A stretch of DNA of 64,000 nucleotides, from NCBI RefSeq assembly GCF_000142905.1, contig NW_013657671.1, positions 434,001 through 498,000 of the forward strand, read 5' to 3'. Both the position numbers and the translations under genes were made by a program. Origin of the DNA: Thecamonas trahens ATCC 50062. Taxonomy: Eukaryota > Protista > Apusomonadida. Position 1 is the stretch's first letter, and each line of letters begins with the position of its first letter. Under the pieces are notes generated by a model that was given only the letters and a program-made list of their open reading frames with translations, did no database searches and was not told the origin of the DNA. Of the stretch, positions 1 to 11,485 are shown piece after piece.

Positions 1-2947
1 CATGAACGACGGCCAGTCGGCCTCGACAAATCGGAGCTCGTACTGCGCCTGCCGCCCGGTGTGGAGGTGCGATCGCAGCGGTTCTGCAGCTTCGGCCTCC
101 TCCACCGAGCCGCCCGAGCCCACAGCCGGGCCGGCAGCAACAACGACGCCGGACGTGGCCCGGACCGAGACACCGTCGCCGACGTCCAAAACCGCGCCAC
201 CCGTCGAGGCCGCGGGCGAGAGCGCGGCAGCCCATGTCTCGGCAAATGTCATTGGGACATCCTCACCCTCGGTGACGACGCCGGCTTGCCCAGCGGATGG
301 CACCTGTGGAGCAAGGGTGAGGACGTGGTGCTCGGCGGTCGGCGCGAGAAAGAAGACCTTGTCGACAAGAAGCGACGGCCGCGAGATGACGCCCGAGCCG
401 TCGACGCAGCAGAGGACCGTTGTGTCGCCGAGCGTGTACAGGAGATTGGTAGTCCGCGCGAGGCCGAGGCCGCGGCCCGAAACATACTTCCAGAATGAAG
501 CCCATAGGAGCGAGAGCGGGAGCAGGGCTCGTTTGCGGGTAAAGAGCATGTCGCGCGAGTGGCGGATGGCAAACTCGTCGTCGAACTCGTCCATCTCGGA
601 CGAGCCGAGCTCGTTGAACTGGTCCGACGAGATGTCAAACTCAAGGTCAGACGACTTGAACTCTGACGAGTTGGAGTTGAGCGCAACGTCTTCGGTCGAC
701 GACGACGATGATGATGATGACGACGACGACGAGAAGAGCGGCGACGCCGCAAGCGACTCGTTGAGCTGGGTGATTTGCTTGAGCAGGTCAAAAATGAGGT
801 GGAGCCGGGCGTTGCCATAAGCGGTGACCACAAAGACCGGAAGCGATGAGACAACAAGGGCAAGCACGACGTAGACTTGACGAAGGACGAGGATCTCGAG
901 CCAGTCGATGAGCGCGCGCGGTTGTGTGCCCACAATGATCCAGGTAATGTTGGCGGCGGCGGCAAGCGCGACGAGGACAAGTGCAACGTTGTTGTAGTAC
1001 TTGCGGCCGAGGCGGAGTCGGGTCATGAACGGCGCCTCGCGGCGTGGGACCTTGGGTGGCTCGGCTGTTACAACCTTGCGCTCGGGTGGCGCAAAGGTGA
1101 GCGTGCTGAGCATGTCGCCGTCGGGCCCGGCCGAGGTGGCGTCAGCGGCAGTCGATGCCGGGTCGATAGCCTGTGACGCCGACTCGAGGCCGGTCACCAT
1201 AGGCGCGATGTCGGCGAGCGAGACAACGCCCGAGTCAGGAACAGGCTCGGACGCAAGAACCGAGGCGTCATCAGACGCAGCAGTAGGCGGGCCGGTGGGA
1301 AGGTCGGCGATCGGGAGCTCGTCAGGCGTGATGAGCGACGGGAGTGCAGCCGCAAAGAGGCGTGCGCCGCTAGCCACCGACATGGCCGACGCGACGGCGT
1401 GGGTCTGGGCGTCGTTAAAGCCGCGCGGGCGGGCAGATCGAGAAGAGAGCGGCGAGAGGACGTCGGAGGAGAACGACGAAGACGACGATAGTGACGAGAG
1501 CGACTGTGGAGGCGGGCCATCGGCAGCCTCAAGTGAGAGCGCATCGTCAGCGTCGTCAACGTGGAGCAGATCGGCGACGAGGTCGTCATCGGCCTCTTGC
1601 TCCTGCTGCTCCTCGAGTGGTTGACGTGGGTGCAAGCGCGAGTGCGGGCGCGAGTGCGGGCCATCAGCGGCCTCGCGAGCGAGCGCGTCGTGTGGGTGGG
1701 TGGCGAGCGCCGAGAGCTCTTCCTGCTGCTCGAACGAGTCACTCGCTGGTGACGGGTGGTCGGGCCCGAGGTTGGCGGCCTCGAGCGCGCGGCGGCGGTG
1801 GGCGCGGTCGAGGAAGAATATGTTCGTGTTGGCCGGCATGCAAAGGGCCACGTCGAGAGTCTTGGTGACCGGGGTGGCGGCGAGACGGAAGCGAGCACGA
1901 CCGCCGAGAGCATGGATGGCCGACTTGTGCTCGTGGCTCGGATCGACGGCGTAGGGGCGAGCCGGTTGATCGGCGGGTGGGTCTGCCACACAGTCGCAGG
2001 GCAGGAGATCTTTGAGCGGTTCGCCTTCTGCAAGCTCAAACCCAACCGATCGAGCGTATATGACCGAGGCAGCCGCCGGGGCACGCTGGCCAAGTTCCAG
2101 CTCGATGACGTCGCCGGCCACGAGGAGATCAGGCGGGAGTGAGCGCCAAGCGTGGTCACGCAGCGCTGTGATGCGGGTCTTGGACTCTGTGCGCGGGGCA
2201 TCAATGTGGGCGGCTTCGTCGACGTAGTACCCACGTGAGGCGGCAAGGGCGGCGATCTGGCGCATAACTCTGCAGCGCATCTCGTTGGCTCCGCAAAACT
2301 CGTCCCATGCCTCGACTGCGACGTTGACAACAGCGCCAACAAGTACGGTTGCGGTCTCGAGGCCAAGCTGCATGCCACGGCCCCCAAGCGCCCAGATTGC
2401 GGCCATGATGACGGCCAAGGCTGCGAGGGCGATGTTCATGGGCGAGGCGGCAGCAGCAGCGAGCGCAGCGGCGAGTGTGATCGGTGGCGGCAACATCCGC
2501 TCCATGGTCCCGACTAGCTGCGCGTTTGCAGTCAGCGTCCGCGGCGAACGCTGCGGTAGGCCGATGGCCGCGTGACAATGCGGTGCATCGGTCATCGAGT
2601 TGCTTTGCAGCGGCGGCAGAGTGGGCGGCGGGTCGGGCAAGTTGGTAGCCGACGGCAGCTGATGGGCAGTAGCGGCCAGGATGTCGGACGCGGCCTGCAG
2701 GACCGATCGCGGAGTGCGGGGCACAGACGCCACTTTGGGCGAGTTAGCTCGGACTGGCGACGATGCGTCTGGAATGACAGCAGCGACGATGGGTGCCACC
2801 GTGGTCGACGCCGACCGTGAGAGAGTGGCGCCTGGGGGCGGTGGGGTGGGGGCGATGGCAAGGGAAAGGGAGGAGGAAGAGGAGGAGGAAGAAGAAGAGG
2901 AGGTGGGGGCGGTGGGGGGCGGTGGGGGCGGTGGGTAGCTCCTCCAT
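1..2947 (-). CDS. TMEM94: TMEM94/KIAA0195-like P-type-ATPase-related membrane protein; 5' part only, runs off the left edge
   Basis: Read by hand in the minus frame aligned to codon 1-3, which the ORF track lacks. It shows TM helices, an actuator-like RDHAWRSLPPDLLVAGDVIELELGQRAPA, YGNARL, and LLYTLGDTTVLCCVDGSGVISRP (cf. TMEM94 LGSVTVLCCVDKQGILS). The ATG at 2947 needs removal of one G from the G6 run at 2914-2919; the alternative in-frame Met is at 2595. Confidence 0.8.
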
Positions 2948-3227
2948 GGCCCGGGGTTTGGCGGGGAGTAGAGTGGAGTGGGGTGCGGTCGGCTGGGGTG
3001 AGGTGCTGCGGTGGCGACGAGTGTGAGTCTGAGGAGGGTAGGAAAGGGGGGGGGGGGGGGGGATGATGAAGAGGTGTGGTATGTATTAGGAGTGCCAGAC
3101 TGTGGTTGTGAGAAGGATCGGATCAGAGGGGCGCGTAGTGACGGCGGGCAAGGCGGGCAGGGCAAGGCGGGCAGGGCGGGGCTGCAGCCTGATGGCGAGG
3201 AGGAGGGGGGGGTGGGGGGTGGACAGG

Positions 3228-4041
3228 TTATGTCGAGGGCGACTGCTTGGCGTGCTTGTAGTAGGTCTTGTTGTAGCGCGGATTGGTTCGCATCAGGTGC
3301 TGGGCGAGCCAGTTGATGGGGTTGATGGGCTTGACGTTGGCCACGCCGGCGTTGCGCTTCTGGGCATTGGAGGCGAGTGCCTTGAGGAGGGCCTCGACGG
3401 CAGCATCGAGAACCGGGTAGACGGACTCTTCAAGAAACTCGTCGTCGGTGTTTGTGCGCGGATTAACGGCGACGACAGGCATGATGTCCTTTTCGCGGAG
3501 GACGTTGATGGAAGGTCGGCGGGCGAGGCGGGACGAGAGCAGCTGCAGTCGCTGCCTTTTCTCCAACCGCTTCTGGGCCTCCAGATGCGAGGGCGAGAGC
3601 TTGTTGGCCGGCATGATGTTGGACTCTTGCAGCTTTTCCATGGACGGGCGCGTCCGAAACGTCCGCTTGAGGCGAGCCTGAATGCGTGATCGCACCAGAG
3701 CCTTCTGCCGCTCGAGCACTGCTGCCGACACGTCACCACGCTGCAGAATGTTTCTCGAGATAAGATCATCTCGTTTCATTCGGCGCACGAGTTTGTGTTC
3801 CAGCGCTGCGTGATGATGGTGACGGTGATGTGAGTGTGAGACGTCGCGCTCTGCCACACCGATCGCTTCTTCCTCTCTTTCTCTCCCTCTTCCCGCCCCC
3901 CTACCTGCCCTGCTCGTCTTGAAGCATTCCTTCCCATGACGTACCTTGTGAGATGGACGATAGCGCCACCGGATGGCCACCATCGTGTTCCTCCGACTTT
4001 CCGCTGGACCCACTGCCCGAGTCCGAGTACGAGTACGAGCC

Positions 4042-4074
<33 letters not shown>

Positions 4075-4413
4075 TCCCGAGCCTCCCGAGCCCGACCTAG
4101 ACGAGCCTACATCCAAAGACCAAGACCAAAGAGGAGTGAGTGGCAATGTGTAGTATGGGTGTGGGTGTGTATCACGTGGGGAAATGGGTGTGGATGCTGG
4201 AGGCGCTTGTAGGGGAGGTGCCCTCGGCCGGTGGTGGGCAACGGACGCTCGCTGGCCCTGCCACCGCCGCCGCCATGGTCACCGCCATGGCCACCACCAC
4301 TGCCACCACCACCGCCACCACAACTGTCACCGCACTCAACGCACAGCGGGACATGGGAACTGTAGAAACATACCGCCTGAGCACATGCTGTCGGAGCTCG
4401 AGGTCCGTGACAT
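3228..4413 (-). CDS. RPEL-repeat protein with C-terminal Dpy-30/RIIa-like dimerisation motif; predicted exons 4413-4374, 4106-3945, 3805-3228
   Basis: Three RPEL-like repeats (LEHKLVRRMKRDDLISRNIL, LKRTFRTRPSMEKLQESNIM, LSSRLARRPSINVLREKDIM), then FLEESVYPVL...NPINWLAQHLMRTNPRY. Both GT-AG introns are phase 1 and keep frame. Confidence 0.75.
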
Positions 4414-4468
4414 GGTCGTCGTCCTGCCGCGAGCACCAGTGGCTCGGCGAGAGGTGTGCGCCGTCGAT

Positions 4469-5204
4469 CCGCCTACTCTCGATCCATCGGCTCTCGATGA
4501 CCGGTCCGCCTACTCTCGATCCATCGGCTCTCGATGACCGGCCCACCTACTCTCGATCCATCGGCCGTCGATGACCGGTCCGCCTACTCTCGATCCATCG
4601 GCTCTCGATGACCGGCCCGCCTACTCTCGATCCATCGGCTCTCGATGACCGGCCCGCCTACTCTCGATCCATCGGCCGTCGATGACCGGTCCGCCTACTC
4701 TCGATCCATCGGCTCTCGATGACCGGCCCACCTACTCTCGATCCATCGGCCGTCGATGACCGGTCCGCCTACTCTCGATCCATCGGCTCTCGATGACCGG
4801 CCCGCCTACTCTCGATCCATCGGCCGTCGATGACCGGTCCGCCTACTCTCGATCCATCGACTCTCGATGACCAGCCCGCCTACTCTCGATCCATCGACTC
4901 TCGATGACCGGTCCGCCTACTCTCGATCCATCGGCTCTCGATGACCGGCCCGCCTACTCTCGATCCATCGGCCGTCGATGACCGGCCCGCCTACTCTCGA
5001 TCCATCGGCTCTCGATGACCGGCCCGCCTACTCTGGATCCATCGGCTCTCGATGACCGGCCCGCCTACTCTCGATCCATCGGCTCTCGATGACCGGCCCG
5101 CCTACTCTGGATCCATCGGCTCTCGATGACCAGCCCGCCTACTCTCGATCCATCGGCTCTCGATGACCGGTCCGCCTACTCTCGATCCATCGGCCGTCGA
5201 TGAC
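4469..5204. repeat. 37-bp minisatellite, about 20 copies (CCTACTCTCGATCCATCGGCTCTCGATGACCGGYCCG)
   Basis: Head-to-tail units with period 37 (e.g. 4472, 4509), few variants, no spacers. Confidence 0.95.
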
Positions 5205-5591
5205 GGCATCGGCATCGACCATGCCAAAAGCAGACACAAAGGGTATACGACGGCGCACAAATGGCAGTATCGGCATCGTTCGATGCAGGCCGACGGCAAG
5301 CGGCAAGACAGGCGAGCGGAAGCAATTGGGACACACCATGAGCAATAACAGTTTCGGGGGGAGCAAAGCCAACCAAAAGGCGAACCCAATTTGTGCCGCA
5401 CCCTCTCACACCCGCCACCTACCCACACACCACCTTGACAAGTCTTCTGTGACCACCTCACCTCTCCATACGGTTCCACACCCCAAGTGTTTCACTGACA
5501 CATATATACATACATACAGCCGTTTACATACTCTGAATCTGGCGAGTGTTGCAGAGTCCGTCCCACACTTACTCTCTCTCTCTTTGGTCTG

Positions 5592-5593
<2 letters not shown>

Positions 5594-5632
<39 letters not shown>

Positions 5633-5645
5633 CACACACACACAC
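5594..5645. repeat. (CT)n/(CA)n microsatellite upstream of the Hpt gene
   Basis: Directly visible dinucleotide runs. Confidence 0.85.
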
Positions 5646-5666
5646 CTGTTGTGGCCCACCATCATC

Positions 5667-7233
5667 ATGTCGGTCGCGTTTGAGGTCGAGTCCATGTTGG
5701 CTCTCTTCGGCTCACAGACAGGAAAACGTACGTTGTGGTGAGGATTGTGCGGTCATGGACAGAACTCCGCTGGTACTTGGGCACTCACGTACACACGCAC
5801 CACTTGCACGGGATACTCACAACCGCAATTACCCTCACACACGCCTGCGCACACACACGCCCTGATGAACATGATCGATGTGGCGCCGAGCGATGATAGT
5901 GGTGCATCTGCTGGTTCAGTTTGTCAACAATTCGGACAGATACCTCGCTGATTGCGAGACTAGCATCGCGGTAGATACACCCGAGGCGCTCAAAGCCTTT
6001 CGTGCGGCGGCGCATACACTCAAGGGATCAGCTGGGACTGTTAAGGCTACTCGCCTCTATCCGCTTGTTCTGTGTCTGTCGGATGTTGCAAAGCACTCGC
6101 CATTCCCTCAGCCGCCGGTTGTGGTGGAGCTCCTCCGCCAAGCCCGCGCCGAGCATCATCGCCTCAAGGCCTACGCTGCCTGCCTGGAAGCTGCATCATC
6201 TCCGGACTTTGACGCTTCCAACGAGGCTGCCAAGGCGGCGACGCTGTTGGCCCCGGTTTCTAGTGCTGCTATGGCTCGCCCGAGCAAGACCAAGGCCAAG
6301 CTCAACGAGCTCATCACTGTTCTCGAGGGGACCAAGGAGGTCGGTGACGTCATTAATGTCGTCGAACGCATCGGTCGCGAGCTCGACGCTCCGTTCATCA
6401 CCGTCATTCCCGAGGCCTACCGCTCGATCACGAGCATGGCTATGGAAAAGTCGCGCATGGCCTTTGACACCATGCACCGCGGCTTGCTCGACGAGGCTGC
6501 CGCCGCCCTCGAGTACATCGACGCTGGCGGCTTTGGCGTAGGCACGTCGACCGCCCACAGTGCTTCGTCGTCGACCTCGTCGGACTCGCCCTCGTACTCG
6601 TACTCGTACTCGTACTCGTCCGACGCGCGGGCCAAGGCCAAAGCCCGCAAAAAGGCAAAGGAAAAGGCCAAGGCCAAGGAGAAGGCCAAGAAAGCGGCAA
6701 AGGACAAGGCAAAGGCAAAGGCAAAGGCAGAAGCCAAGAGCAAGGCCAAGAGCAAGGCCAAGAGCAAGGCCAAGAGCAAGGCAAAGTCAAAGGACAAGGC
6801 CAGGGCCAAGGACAAGACAAAGAGCAAGGGTCGCGATGCGCCTGATGGAGTCGCTGGCGCCAGTACTGGTACAACTGCTAGTGCTGTCGACTCGGCGGAA
6901 CTCGACTACGACGAGGTTGTGGCGCGGTTTGGCGGCTCGGCCGAGTTTGCCAACGAACTGCTTGGAGAGTGGATCAAGTCACATGCCAGCGGCATCAGCG
7001 GCCTCGCTGAGGCTCTAGCCAGCGACGATGTGGCCGCCATCAAGAGCATCGCGATTGCCATCGAGGGCGAGGTCTCGATGCTCTCAATGCCGGTTCTGGC
7101 CAAGGCGGCGCAGACCGTGAGGAATGCGTGCGAGTCAGGCGAGATTGATGCCATCCGCCGGTGCTGCAACGATTTCAATGAGACCTTTACTGCAGTCGCT
7201 GCCGCCCTTGCCGCGCGCGGTATCACTCCTTGA
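5667..7233 (+). CDS. Histidine phosphotransfer (Hpt) protein with second degenerate Hpt-like domain and Lys/Ala-rich linker; predicted exons 5667-5727, 5891-7233
   Basis: AAAHTLKGSAGTV is the Hpt motif (His codon 6013-6015). The C-terminal LDYDEVVARFGGSAEFANELLGEW...AIAIEG is Hpt-like but lacks the His. A phase-1 GTACGT...AG intron joins MSVAFEVESMLALFG in frame. Confidence 0.8.
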
Positions 7234-10200
7234 GCCGCGTCGGCGGCGCATCGCGATCGCAGGTGCCGTGACCGGTATCCGCCGAGTGCTCGTCGTCATC
7301 GTCGTCCAGGTCCGACGTCGACTCGGAGTGCCACCAGGCGTCTGGTTCACCGTCTGCCTTGCCACTGGCACCGCCGTCTGCGTCGCTCATGTGCTCCACG
7401 GGCGCATGGTTGTGGCGGCGGATGCGTCGCCGCGGCGCGCTGTGCGATTGGTGCTTGCGCCGATGCCGTCGCCGCCGCCGCCGGTGATGCCGGGTGTGAA
7501 CCGCGTCGTGGCTCTGCTCGCCGTCAAACACGTCATCGACACTCGTCACTGCCGCCCACTTGGCCCGAAGCGCGGTAAAATCCACAGACCGTGTGTCTTC
7601 AGGCCCGAGCGAGATGTTGGCCTTGACGGATTCCTTCCGTCGTCCGCCCGGCGACGCCGATGAGTGCTGCGACCGGAGTCGGGTGATAGACCGCTTCTTG
7701 CCGGCCAGTGGCGACGAACGAGTCGGGACATGCTTGGCTGCATTCAACGCGGCCGCGACTGCGCCAGCTTCTGGTAGTGCCTCTGAACCGGCCGTCGAGC
7801 TTGCGCCGACATCGTTCGAGGCGTGTGCGGGCGATGCGCCGACCGACGCAGCAGCAGCCGCAAGTGCCGCTTGGGCTCGCTTGGCCGACGCGTCTGCGAG
7901 CGAGGTCCGGATGGCCATCGACGACGAGCGATGCTTCAGCTGGCGGAGGCGGATTGGCGACTGCGACGAGAGCGGTGCGGCCGAAAGCGATTTGGGCGTC
8001 AGCGGCTCAGGCGGCTCGTCGTCAGAGCCGGCCACCGCCGCCGCAGTCTCGGACGAGTCGAGCACCGAGCGCAGCTCGTAGACTGCGTACGTCGAGTTGA
8101 GGTGCGAGGGGAAGAAGAGGTCACTGGCAGCCGGGCAGGTGAACGGGGCCGGCACGTCAAGTAAGTGGATCTCGATGGGTGTGCCGTTGAGCGCCGAGTA
8201 CACAACGGTAAACGCAGGGAAGGAGACAATGATGAACGGGTACGAGAGTGCAAAGTGCATTGGCGTCGATCGCCAGTGCATGGTGTGCCGGGCGGCGGCG
8301 AGGCTTGCCGGCGACGTCCGCAGCGAGGCGTCAACGGCCCACGGCAGAATCTCGCCATGACTCTCGTAGCATACCAGCCAGGCGCCAGGGAGCTCGTAAG
8401 CAGCGAGCGGTGGGTGTCCGGATGGCGAGGCGGCGACAGTGTGGAGACCCCAGAGCTGGTGTCGATGAGCACTAGCGCAGCTGCGCCCTCGGGCGCAAGA
8501 ATGCCGACAAGGATGCCAACCGAGGTGAGCGAAAGGCATGTGATGCGGCCAGGCATCTGGACAGGCTCGATGTGTGGGACAAAGGCAGGGCCCGACTCGA
8601 AGCCGCCTGCGTCGTGGGTGAGGACGTGGACTGCGTACCGCGACGCGACAACCAGGACTGGCGCGCCGTCAAGCTCGCCGGCTTCGAAAAAGCCGGGTTG
8701 GCGACCGGCACAAAGGCGACGCTTGGCCGGCCGCCACTCAGCAGCGGCTCAAGCGCCACCGCAAACATGGCCTGTTGACCCGATGCCGACGTCGTTGCCG
8801 CAAGAAGCGCGTTGGCGGACGCGCACACTGCAATGGACACTAAGCCGGGCATGTTGAGCACAAGCTTGCAGTCTGGATGACCGCGGGTGTTGGAGAAGAG
8901 CGCCTGCGGCGTGGCAAGAAACAGCGTCTCGCCGAGGGTGTCCATCGACGTGATGGCGTAGGGAAACGAGTCTAGGAGCGGGTCAATGGAGAAGACCTGT
9001 GACGGCTCGACTTTGAGCGCGGCGCGGAGGAGCGGAACCGAGGCGTCCGAGACGGAGGTCCGGCGCGCGCTGGTGGCGTCCGCCTCGGTGCTGCTTAGCC
9101 ACGGCATGTGCATGAGCGAGAGCCGGATGCTGTCGAGGGCGGCCAGCCAGCTTGTTGACTCGGGTGGCGGCGACTTGGTTGTCAGCTTGGACAGCTTGCG
9201 GCGCTTCTTGTCGGCAGTCGGGAGTGCGGCAAGATCGTCGAGGAGCGCGTCAATGAGCATGGCGCGGGTACGCAGCGCGCGCGCCTTGAACTCGGGCGAG
9301 CGGAGCGTGGCACGCTGCCCATTGAGGCACTTGGCGAGGATGTGGGTGCGGAGCGCCGAGGCGGGAAGAGGCGTCGGTGGCGTGAGCGGGCCAAAAGCGC
9401 GAGTGTCGGCCGCATGGGCAATGCCGACCAAGTAGTGCGGCTCAGACGAAGAAAGCACGGCGCTCGGTGGCACTGGAGAGACAACGACCAGCGTCCGAGT
9501 ATACTTGGACGCCATGGTGGAGGCCAGGTACGGCGAGGTCATGGGCGCGTCCATAAAGACGATGACAACAATGTCGTTGCCAATGAACCGCTTGCGCTGG
9601 ATGTGCTGCTCGTCGTTGGCATCCCAGTGAAGGAGGGTCGAGACGTGGAACATGACGTCGTGGTCGGCAAACGAGGTTGTGACAGAGTGGGTGCCCGAGC
9701 CGTCGCAAGCCGTGTCAAGCTGAGCCGAGTAGCCATCGTAGCCTTTGAGCCTCACCCGCGAGCCAAGGAGTTCGAGAAAGGCGTCAAAGGCAAGCGAACC
9801 ATCCTTGTTGCCGAACATCTCCAGTTCGTTGACTTGACCTGGTGCAGCGTAGAGGACGCCGATCTTGAGTGTCTTGGCGGTTTCGGGCTCCTCGAGACGG
9901 CGGACGGCGGCGATAAGCCGAGGTGGCGGCTGGGCGTTTGCAGACGGCACCAGGCTCCACAGCCGTGAAACAGCCTTGGGCGATGAAACCGAGGCTGGTG
10001 GGAGGATCGCAGGCGCGAGCGCAGTAAGGACAACAGCAAAGTCAAGTCGCGACGATGCGTGGAGCACAAAGTAGTACGCGCGACGCGCAGTCTTGGTGAA
10101 GACTGCAAGCCAGTGCTGAATACCAGCATGTGAGGCTTTGGTGAGCGCAAGCGCCGCCACCGCGCCAAGGTCCGGCGCTGTATAGAGAGTATGCGGCATG

Positions 10201-11162
10201 TCCGAGAGCAGCGCAGTGTACCACGCCGAGCATGCGGGATCGTCCTCGATCCACGGCCCGGCGGCCTCCACTGGGAACGCGGATGCGTCCGAGACCGAGA
10301 ACGGCTGCTCCACGTGCCAGCCTGGTGCTTCAGCTACTGGCCAGGGTGGTGAGGCGATGGCGGCGGCGCGGGTGGCGGCGCGCGCGTCGAGCGCTGCTGC
10401 CAGTGATGGTGACGGCACTTTGGCGTGGCTCGCGTCGGCTATCCGGACCAAAAGCTCCAGAAAGCCTGCTTGCGGTGGCGCCATCGCCAGCCGATGCAGG
10501 ACGTAGCCGGCGTAGTCGGGCGAGGCGGCATTGAGATCGACGGTCGTCCTGCCGATGACCGAGTCGCGCGCCATCCGGTGTGCAGCATAGAGCTCAAGAG
10601 TGACCGACACCTCATCGTCTGAGCAGCTTCCCTGGTTTCCGCTGCGGCTCTCAAGAGGAAGAACAAGCATGGCGTGCCAGGCAGTGTCCAGCGGTGCCGA
10701 GTGGGTTGTAGCCGAGACCGGCGGCTCGGCCTCGCCAACACGCTTCCCGGCTACCGCCGCCCGGACATAGGTCCGTGACTTTGCCCGACCAACAAGGGCG
10801 TCGTCGGCCTTAGCCACACGCAAGACATACAGACACAAATAGCGAGGGGGAGTAGCAGGAGAGGAAGAGGACATAGCCAGTGGAGCTAGATGGGTACAGG
10901 CACCGCCGCCCAAGGCCGATGGATACAGAGCTTTGCAAGCCAGTTCGTTGAGCGCACACTCTCCGCCACCCGCTTGGGACGCATCACCAGGTCCAAGAGC
11001 AGCTGTTGCTGTTGCTGATGAGGATGTTGTTGTTGTTGCTGCTGCTGTTGTTGTTGGTACTGCTGCTGCTGTTGTTGTGCCTCTCCCAGAGTTGGTACCA
11101 GATTCGGACCGAGGGTGGCACGGCGTGCCTGTGTCCGACCCGTTGCTTCCGCCTCTCTCCAT
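7223..11162 (-). CDS. C2 + Rap/Ran-GAP + CNH-like protein (GARNL3-like), broken by two apparent 1-bp frameshifts (~8690, ~8413)
   Basis: RapGAP motifs KIGVLYA, EMFGN, FDAFLELLG, VMFHVSTLL, QRKRFIGNDIVVIVF; C2-like N-terminus; CNH-like WRSTPMHFALSYPFIIV. Coding sense passes through ORFs 8472-11162, 7999-8556 and 7223-8539. Start may be 10874. Confidence 0.8.
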
Positions 11163-11485
11163 GACGAGGGAATGAGGAGGGAATGCGGAGGACAGGGGGG
11201 GGGGGTGAACTGGAGTGTTGCTACCTCTGCTGCTCTGCTGCAGCTTGACCTGTTGTTGGGAGTGGCGGTGGCGACAACACTGCGCTGTTCACTCGTGTTG
11301 AGTGTTGCAAGAAAATGGCAACTGGAGTGATGGCGAGCATGACGGTGAACATGATGGTGATGGGCGGTAACGGGGAGGGAATCGGTAGGGGATGCTATGG
11401 TATGGAGGAGTTTTGTAAGACTGAACGAGGGCGCGAATGGCGCGGAGGGGGGGGGGGGGGGGGGGGAGGCTGAAGTGCGCGCGGC

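Noticed and set aside
4469-5204. CRISPR array
   Set aside because: Units are contiguous with no unique spacers, there are no cas genes, and the context is eukaryotic.
8400-8700. Programmed frameshifting or pseudogenisation behind the frame breaks here and at ~2915, ~15080, ~26840, ~40270, ~56865
   Set aside because: Nearly all are fixed by one base in a homopolymer, the genes are otherwise intact, and the draft has gaps, so sequencing error is more parsimonious.
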